64,000 nucleotides of DNA, from the IMG/VR virus record IMGVR_UViG_3300045988_052780; one strand, 5' to 3'. Below are positions 57,903-64,000 of this stretch, piece after piece. The notes below the pieces were generated by a model. That model saw nothing but the letters and a program-made list of their open reading frames with translations, searched no databases and was not told the DNA's origin. The position numbers and the translations under genes are program-made. The first letter of the stretch is position 1. The number at the start of each line of letters is the position of its first letter. The stretch is from a virus.

Positions 57903-58462
57903 GAATAGAGATAGGTGATAGAACATATAATGTTAAAGTAGCCGAATCAGAAGAAGATAAAATTAAGGGATTACAAGGCAGAAAGTCCTTAGCTGAAGAT
58001 GAGGGTATGCTGTTTGTTTACGATGAACCTCAGACTGTAGGATTTTGGATGAAAGATACTGTTATTCCTCTTGACATTATCTTTATAGATGAGGATTTAG
58101 AAGTGATCTCAATATATCAGGGCAACCCAAACGATGACACTATAGCTGAAGAGGATAATGTACTATTAGTACTAGAAGTTAGTCAAGGCTCTGGAATAAG
58201 TGAGGGGGACGAACTTGATATAGAAGATGATGATGAAGTACCTACTATGAAAGTAATCGCTCCTGATGGTTCTACTCAAATGGAACTAGAAGGAGGAGAG
58301 AGAATCTTCAGTAGAAAGAACACTAAGACTCTGATTCGGATGGCTAAAAGAGCTAGTAAAAGTAAGTCAGATAAAGATTATAAGGCACTTGGTAAGAAGA
58401 TGTTTGAATATTTAAAGCAACAAGACCAACGTGAACCTGAATATGTGGAAAAGAAAGATTAA
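57899..58462 (+). CDS. DUF192-family protein (COG1430-like) with an acidic C-terminal tail (187 aa)
   Basis: KGLQGRKSLAEDEGMLFVYDEPQTVGFWMKDTVIPLDIIFIDEDLEVISI matches the DUF192 signature (GLMxR ... GMLF ... FWMKNTxIPLDIIF). The start overlaps the protease gene stop by 4 nt. Confidence 0.55.
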   Translation: MRIEIGDRTYNVKVAESEEDKIKGLQGRKSLAEDEGMLFVYDEPQTVGFWMKDTVIPLDIIFIDEDLEVISIYQGNPNDDTIAEEDNVLLVLEVSQGSGISEGDELDIEDDDEVPTMKVIAPDGSTQMELEGGERIFSRKNTKTLIRMAKRASKSKSDKDYKALGKKMFEYLKQQDQREPEYVEKKD

Positions 58463-58486
58463 CTTGTTAGTTCCATTAACTATAAC

Positions 58487-58494
58487 TACCTTTG
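58487..58494 (+). promoter_or_regulatory. Bacteroidota-type -7 box TAccTTTG upstream of the small gene at 58533
   Basis: TAnnTTTG match. Confidence 0.35.
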
Positions 58495-58503
58495 TAGGAC
58501 AGT

Positions 58504-58517
58504 TAAGGTTTAACGTT
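58504..58517. promoter_or_regulatory. Perfect 14-bp palindrome gtttaacgttaaac between the promoter box and the start codon. Operator-like.
   Basis: Seen directly. Confidence 0.4.
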
Positions 58518-58532
58518 AAACAGTAATTTAAC

Positions 58533-58847
58533 ATGAGAATTCAAAGTAAATCAATTAAATTTATGCAACAAGGTGGCCCAGCTCCTGCACCTCAAGATGC
58601 ACCAGCAGCTGCACCAGCAGAAGGAGCACCGGTAGAAGGTGGAGCACCAGAAGGTGGAGCTCAAGACCCAATGCAACAGATTCTTCAAGTAGCAGCTCAA
58701 GCTGTACAGACACAGAATTGTGAAGCTGCAATGGCTGTATGTCAAGCACTAGTTCAAGCAATGCAAGGCGGAATGGGGCCTGGAGAAGCTCCTCAAGAGG
58801 AACCAACATTCGCTAGAAATGGTTCTAAACTTAGAAGAGTTAGATAA
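58533..58847 (+). CDS. Small Pro/Ala/Gln/Gly-rich low-complexity protein (104 aa), GC-rich relative to the genome, with its own promoter box and terminator
   Basis: ORF. Repeats GAPVEGGAPEGGAQ. Short DNA tandem repeats ggagcacc(ggta/a)gaaggt. The overlapping antisense ORFs are judged to be artefacts of the GC-rich repeat. Confidence 0.45.
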   Translation: MRIQSKSIKFMQQGGPAPAPQDAPAAAPAEGAPVEGGAPEGGAQDPMQQILQVAAQAVQTQNCEAAMAVCQALVQAMQGGMGPGEAPQEEPTFARNGSKLRRVR

Positions 58848-58862
58848 TCATTTACAAAGTTA

Positions 58863-58898
58863 GAAAGGAGCATATATAATTAAGTATATGTTCCTTTC
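58863..58898 (+). terminator. Hairpin (14-bp stem gaaaggagcatata/tatatgttcctttc, 1 mismatch; loop taattaag) followed by a T-rich sequence
   Basis: Inverted repeat seen directly. Sits 15 nt upstream of the ATG of the 1596-aa gene. Confidence 0.5.
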
Positions 58899-58913
58899 TT
58901 AGTTTATATAAGT

Positions 58914-61900
58914 ATGTCACAAGTAATTAGAAAGTATAACAGTGGCGGTAAATCTCCAGAAGAACCAGAATTATTTGAATGGAAAGATGTAGGTAAGTAT
59001 AATAAGTCAGATCTGATATCTGGATTATATAGAAATGTAGATACTTACATTACAAATAACAACCTTTCTGGAAAGAAGGCTGATGCATTCAGAACAGCCA
59101 CTTCTAGACTTATTGACGGAATCAAGAACGGAACTGTTACATTAAATGGAGACGGTACATTCAACGTTTCTGATAAGTCATTAAGTAGTACAGGACGATT
59201 TGATAAGAATTTCCTGGGAGGAGAGAAGAATACCGATAATAATGCTAATAATAGAGCTGGGGACTATGTTCTAGACTATATTAAAAGCATGAATACATAT
59301 AAGAAGCCTACAGTAGTAACTCCTAAGAAAGAGAAGTTTGATTTTAATAAGTACTTCACTGGAGAAGTATCTAGGAGATGGTACGGAGGCAATGACATAG
59401 ATAATGATAATTTCTTTAATCGTAGAAGCGAGGAAGATAGATTGAAATTAATGGCAGACATAGCTGGTGGTATAACTCCAGAAATGTTGAGTGGTTATGA
59501 TCTAGAAGGTACTATTGGTGCTGATGAAATTCTCAATAGATCTAAACGCTTTGTAGAGGCTATTAATAATGGAACTTTAGACAACAATGATTATAATGCA
59601 TTTGCAGAACTGGGCGGTGGAGGTCTAGATAGGTGGTTAAAGCCACAAGAAGAACAAACTGCTACAGTCGATGTAAGAGGCGATTTGAGAAAGCAATGGG
59701 AAGCTGAGGCTAGACAGAAAGGATATACTGATGAGGCAATTCAAGCTTATATTGATAATAAACAAAAAGCACTAGATGAAGCTTCTCAGAAAGAAGTGGA
59801 TGCTAGGAATACTGCTCAAGAAGAGAAATTACATGCTGATGCTAAAGCTGCTGAAGAGGAACGTATAAGACAGTTAGGAGCTTCCAATATAGGAAACTAT
59901 AACACAATTTCTACTCTACCTGAAGTAACTCCATATAATTTCGAAGGTGTATACAAATCCAGATATGATAATCCATGGTCTTTAAGTTTTAGTGCCTATG
60001 ATTTAAATCCTGATAAAAGTACACAAACTGTTCCTCTTCATAGAGAAGATGGTTCTGGATATTATGACTCTGTAAATATTGGTAAAACAGTCCCAGGAAC
60101 TACAGCAGCTCAAAGACTGGCTAATGACTTGGATTATTACATAAGAGCTGCTGACTTACGTGCCCAGAAGGAGGGTAATGATTCATACAGGCTAGAACAG
60201 TTAGGTTCGGGAGAATATGTAATTCCTGATAGTTACAATCCGAGCACAGGGCTTATTAGAGTTTATAACCCTAAAACTAGACAACTTAGATGGGTAGAAG
60301 CTCTTACTACTCAGACTGGTAAGGATCGTGTTGAATATCTATATAATATAGCTAATTCTCCCAAATATAAAGCAGAAGGTGGGATTTTAAAAGCACAGCA
60401 AGGTAATGTAATTGATTGGAATGCCTTAAACAAGCGTGCTAATGAAGAAATGTATGAGAGAAATCGTCAAGCTGATCAGAGGTATTTTAAATCAATAGAA
60501 GAAACTAAGGCTAAAGAAGCCAAAACTAAGGCTAAAGAATCTGGTAAATCTGAAGAACAGGCTACTAATGACTCTAAACCTCATACTCAATGGTCTAAAG
60601 CAGATATAACTAGAATGGGGGCATTAGCAGGTGATGTAGCTAGTCTACTAGCTAGTTTTACTGGAGTGGGCTCAGTTGCGTCAGCTGGTATAGGGGCTGC
60701 ATCTACAGCTGCTAATCAAGCTGCTGATATGATGGAGGGACAGAGCTTTGGGCAAGCACTATGGAATAATGCAGGAAGTTATGTTTTAGATGCAATATCT
60801 CTTATCCCATTTGCTAAAGCAGCTAAGGTTCCTAGAATGATTAAGAATGTCGGCAGATTTGCCCCATTAATGACAACAGCATTAGCAACTTATCAAGGAT
60901 TGTCTAATGGCAGGGAATATCTTGATAGCTGGAATAAAGCTAAGAATGGAGAGTCTTTGACTGTAGGAGATTGGAGAAATATACTAAGTTCATTGCAACT
61001 AGTATTAGGCGGGACTGCTGCTACACACAGAGCATCTAAAGCAAAATCTCATGTAGAAGCTGCTGTCACTGGTGATGAGTGGGTTAAAACCAATCAAGGT
61101 TACAGACGTGTCTCTGCTGATAAAATGAAAGCAATTAGAAAGGCGAAAACATTAGAAGAACAAAATAAGATACTAGAAGGAACTGGTATAGTTTTACCAG
61201 AAGCTAAAACATGGACAGGTAAAGGAAAGGGGGTTGCGAAGATACCAGATACTGATAAAGCTAATATGGTATATGATTTTAGCAAACCAGTAACTACATA
61301 TTCTGGAGATTTGCCTTTACAGCATAAGTTTGGGCCTGGAGAAAGATGGTTAGGTACTGCACAGTTCCCCGACTTTCATCTTCCTGGTGTCAGAGATGCT
61401 TATAACAGAATTATACATCCCCAAGCTTATAAAAGGGCTAGAGGTAAGAACCAAAGTGTAGCTAAATCTTCTGAGCTATTAGCACTACCTGCTCCTAATC
61501 AAGTAACCCCAGGTGTTAGAGGTTCATTCGGATATAATGCAACTACTGGGGACAGAAACAGACGTAATGAAATTATTAGAAGTGAAAGGCTCACTCAGCA
61601 AGCTGAAGCTAGAGAAGTTCAGAAGGCTAAAAATGAGGCGTTAGTTGCATGGGCTGTTAATCAACCATTCCCTAAACAGCCATTAGCTGGAGCTGCTAGA
61701 ATTAGTAAGGAGAAGTCTTACAGAAACATATTCCAACCAGTAACTGAACGTGAGTACAATAAAGTATGGGATGAAGCAGTTAAGAATAGGAAGGACTTCG
61801 GATATGAGGATGTAACTCCCAGAAGGAATATATATACTGCTCCGATTCCAACTGAAATTACTGTTACTCCTAATTCCATTACAGACAAGAATGCTAGATA

Positions 61901-63704
61901 CTTGTGGGAGCTTGTTAACCCTCCTAAACGTAGTACTGCTCACATTAAGAGAGAACTTCCTAAGAAGCAGACTAAGCCTAAGACTAAAAAGAAATCTAAG
62001 GATGATAGAGTTACCAAGAAGGCAGATGGTGGATTGTTAATTCCTAAATTTCAATCTCCTGCTGCTCCAATACAACGTCGTAACGTTAGGTCCGTAGATG
62101 ATTTAAGTTGGAATAATGATATACTTAATAGTTTAGGACTTAAAAATACTCTAGGTAATATAACTCCTGCTAATGCTAGTAAGTATAATAATATGCAGGG
62201 AGATTATGCTAAATTAGGATTTGGTACCTCTAAACCTGGTGACACATCTCTTACATATGATCCTAATGCAGCTGCTTATCAAACTACATTTAATAATCTT
62301 ACTTCTGTTAATCAAGATACCATGTCTGATTTAGTAAGAAGAGGACGTATTACTGGTAGAGGTGGCAGCTCGGATAAAGGGACACAGTGGACAGCAGATG
62401 GACTTAAGGGAGATCAAACGTTCTTAAGACATTTAGGTACGGCAGCTACTACTAAGAAGGGAATGGATGTATTGAAATCCCTAGTTCCTGATGATATAGA
62501 TGTTATTAAGAATTTAAATCAAGGTATGGTAAATTTTATGCCTAAACTAAAGATGGCTGGTATTACTGATGGTAAAGGATTTAATATTCCTAATACTCCA
62601 ATTGCAACTACAGGGTTATTAGACGAAACAGTTCCTGACGTAGAAGCTACTCCTCAAGATATTAAAACTACAAATAATTCAGGTAGTTATAAATTAAATA
62701 CTAAGGGTAGAGCAGTTACTAATGTACTGTCTGGTTTAAGAACACTACCAGAAGATATTATTGCTTTAGGTAGAATGGTTGGAGGATTAAGAGCTAATCG
62801 TAGAGCCGCAGACAAATATAAAGAAGGATTAAAGCCACTATTAGTAGATACCTATGAGAATGTAGTACCTATTACTGGTAACTATCTTGCTAAAGTATCA
62901 GCTGATAAGCAGGCTTCTAATCTCACCTCGTTAGCTGCTAGACCTAGAACTTCCGATGGTTCTTTACAGTTAGCTGGAGAGTTAGAAGCTGGTAACAGAG
63001 CTGCCCAGATGAGATTCCAAGGAGATATAGCGGATGCAGATATGTTTAATAGAACTAGAACATTAGCACAACAAGAATCTGACGCTGCTAAGGCTAGAAG
63101 AACTGATGTTGCCAATAGAAACAGAGCTTCAATGTTACAAATTAATGCGGCTAAGAAACAAATTGATTCTGCCAGAATTACTAATAACTATGAAAGAGTA
63201 ATTTCTCCTTACTTAGCAGGCATTGAAGGAAGATTTAGACAGAATAAGGCAGCTAGTAAGCAGTTCGATTTAGAACAGGCTAGACTAGCTAGTGCTACTA
63301 AATATAGACCTCAATTACAAGCATTACAAGATAGATATCTTGAAGCTCAAAAGAACAATGATCAAGAGGGAATGAAAGCTGCTATGAATGATTATTATCG
63401 ATTAGTTGATGCCCAGAATCAGGAAATGTTAGCTCAAAGAAAGAAACTAACTCAGATGCCTTGGTTGTTTGAGCAAGTAAATCCAGTTCAAGCTAAAATA
63501 CCTTATAATAAATCTGGAGCTAAAATGAATTCAGCTGACAGAATAATAATGCAAAGAGCAAGAGACTTTAATAAGAGAATGCTAGAAGATAATAAACAAC
63601 TCCATAAGAATATTAACGAATCTAAAAAGCAACAAGCAGATTTAATTAAGCATATGTCTTCTTTAACTGCTGAGCTGATTAAGAAAGGAATGTCATGGAA
63701 ATAA
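58914..63704 (+). CDS. Giant virion protein (1596 aa) with hydrophobic Gly/Ala-rich segments and a long C-terminal coiled-coil/Arg-rich region. Tape-measure-like or ejected cargo protein candidate.
   Basis: Uninterrupted 4.8-kb ORF. Segment GALAGDVASLLASFTGVGSVASAGIGAASTAANQAADMM and C-terminal heptad-rich sequence. Confidence 0.6.
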   Translation: MSQVIRKYNSGGKSPEEPELFEWKDVGKYNKSDLISGLYRNVDTYITNNNLSGKKADAFRTATSRLIDGIKNGTVTLNGDGTFNVSDKSLSSTGRFDKNFLGGEKNTDNNANNRAGDYVLDYIKSMNTYKKPTVVTPKKEKFDFNKYFTGEVSRRWYGGNDIDNDNFFNRRSEEDRLKLMADIAGGITPEMLSGYDLEGTIGADEILNRSKRFVEAINNGTLDNNDYNAFAELGGGGLDRWLKPQEEQTATVDVRGDLRKQWEAEARQKGYTDEAIQAYIDNKQKALDEASQKEVDARNTAQEEKLHADAKAAEEERIRQLGASNIGNYNTISTLPEVTPYNFEGVYKSRYDNPWSLSFSAYDLNPDKSTQTVPLHREDGSGYYDSVNIGKTVPGTTAAQRLANDLDYYIRAADLRAQKEGNDSYRLEQLGSGEYVIPDSYNPSTGLIRVYNPKTRQLRWVEALTTQTGKDRVEYLYNIANSPKYKAEGGILKAQQGNVIDWNALNKRANEEMYERNRQADQRYFKSIEETKAKEAKTKAKESGKSEEQATNDSKPHTQWSKADITRMGALAGDVASLLASFTGVGSVASAGIGAASTAANQAADMMEGQSFGQALWNNAGSYVLDAISLIPFAKAAKVPRMIKNVGRFAPLMTTALATYQGLSNGREYLDSWNKAKNGESLTVGDWRNILSSLQLVLGGTAATHRASKAKSHVEAAVTGDEWVKTNQGYRRVSADKMKAIRKAKTLEEQNKILEGTGIVLPEAKTWTGKGKGVAKIPDTDKANMVYDFSKPVTTYSGDLPLQHKFGPGERWLGTAQFPDFHLPGVRDAYNRIIHPQAYKRARGKNQSVAKSSELLALPAPNQVTPGVRGSFGYNATTGDRNRRNEIIRSERLTQQAEAREVQKAKNEALVAWAVNQPFPKQPLAGAARISKEKSYRNIFQPVTEREYNKVWDEAVKNRKDFGYEDVTPRRNIYTAPIPTEITVTPNSITDKNARYLWELVNPPKRSTAHIKRELPKKQTKPKTKKKSKDDRVTKKADGGLLIPKFQSPAAPIQRRNVRSVDDLSWNNDILNSLGLKNTLGNITPANASKYNNMQGDYAKLGFGTSKPGDTSLTYDPNAAAYQTTFNNLTSVNQDTMSDLVRRGRITGRGGSSDKGTQWTADGLKGDQTFLRHLGTAATTKKGMDVLKSLVPDDIDVIKNLNQGMVNFMPKLKMAGITDGKGFNIPNTPIATTGLLDETVPDVEATPQDIKTTNNSGSYKLNTKGRAVTNVLSGLRTLPEDIIALGRMVGGLRANRRAADKYKEGLKPLLVDTYENVVPITGNYLAKVSADKQASNLTSLAARPRTSDGSLQLAGELEAGNRAAQMRFQGDIADADMFNRTRTLAQQESDAAKARRTDVANRNRASMLQINAAKKQIDSARITNNYERVISPYLAGIEGRFRQNKAASKQFDLEQARLASATKYRPQLQALQDRYLEAQKNNDQEGMKAAMNDYYRLVDAQNQEMLAQRKKLTQMPWLFEQVNPVQAKIPYNKSGAKMNSADRIIMQRARDFNKRMLEDNKQLHKNINESKKQQADLIKHMSSLTAELIKKGMSWK

Positions 63705-64000
63705 TTAATAAAGTTAAGAAGCTACAAGGCGGGGGTATTCCCGCCTTCGTTGGCTACACTAATGTTCCACAACCAATGCCTAGTGCTCCATATACAGAAG
63801 GCTCTAATAATGTGGAGAGTACTAAAGATAAGGCAGAAGGTATAGATAAGAGCCTATTACAAGCTCTATACAAAGAAGGCCTCATTAGTGACGTAGATGC
63901 TGTGGCTTCCGAAGTAAGTAATTTGTTTGCTAATAGGAATAATCCGTTAGATCCAAATTCTACTGCAACTGCTTATAGACGTACACTACAGTTAATGGCT
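63695..64000 (+). CDS. Start of the next gene (partial, at least 102 aa). Its ATG overlaps the stop of the 1596-aa gene.
   Basis: ORF MEIINKVKKLQGGGIPAFVGY... running off the window end. Confidence 0.4.
   Translation, partial: MEIINKVKKLQGGGIPAFVGYTNVPQPMPSAPYTEGSNNVESTKDKAEGIDKSLLQALYKEGLISDVDAVASEVSNLFANRNNPLDPNSTATAYRRTLQLMA

Noticed and set aside
47920-63704. Virion RNA polymerase (DxDGD motif) among the giant proteins
   Set aside because: Manual scan found only near-misses (GNDGD, DIDGS, DLDGR) and no D-x-DGD, so no RNAP is called.
1-64000. CRISPR array or spacer-like periodic repeats
   Set aside because: No regularly spaced direct repeats. The only periodic repeats are protein-coding (fiber domain repeats).

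Overview
This 64-kb window is AT-rich (roughly one-third GC by eye) and almost entirely coding. It reads as a slice of a large tailed dsDNA phage genome (Caudoviricetes). The host is most likely a Bacteroidota member: several intergenic regions carry the Bacteroides-type -7 box TAnnTTTG, some with TTTG about 19-20 nt upstream, and one tail protein has three BACON-like repeats.

Layout from start to end:
- 1-320: AT-rich non-coding repeat region with one small GC hairpin.
- 323-1942: six small + strand 'early' genes, including very acidic proteins and a small Cys protein with a CPC...CMC...CHC pattern like the ferredoxin-thioredoxin-reductase catalytic subunit.
- 2036-7594: a short minus-strand block. 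It holds a 1326-aa protein with a clear GH73 glucosaminidase (FlgJ-like) domain, an HExxH membrane protein, a basic protein, and a small holin-like membrane protein.
- 7755-64000: a long + strand block in this order: PD-(D/E)XK nuclease, GroES/T4-gp31-like co-chaperonin, Lys-rich repeat protein, putative TerS, TerL (752 aa), portal (733 aa), then a ~17-kb arsenal of tail-fiber or receptor-binding genes. That arsenal includes T4-like fiber repeats, an 1892-aa fiber with tandem domains, an SGNH/GDSL esterase fiber, a fiber with a C-terminal S74 intramolecular-chaperone domain, and the BACON-like Ser/Thr-rich protein. It is followed by a YkuD-like protein, a tail-collar-domain fiber, an acidic scaffold-like protein, the putative major capsid protein, and several terminator-flanked structural genes. 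Three giant virion proteins (1173, 1593, 1596 aa) close the window, interrupted by a lipoprotein retropepsin-like aspartic protease + DUF192 pair and by an independently transcribed Pro/Ala/Gln-rich small gene.

The TerL-portal-fibers-MCP-giant-proteins order resembles crAss-like phages, but no DxDGD RNAP motif lies inside the window, so that assignment is only a hypothesis.

The most unusual signal is two homopolymeric G tracts (G11 and G8) in a genome where such runs are otherwise absent. Both sit at a tandem pair of paralogous small fiber-tip-like genes. G8 splits the second paralog into two frames, and G7 would restore it, which is consistent with slipped-strand phase variation or a homopolymer sequencing error.

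All functional calls rest on motif recognition by eye. None could be checked by database search here.
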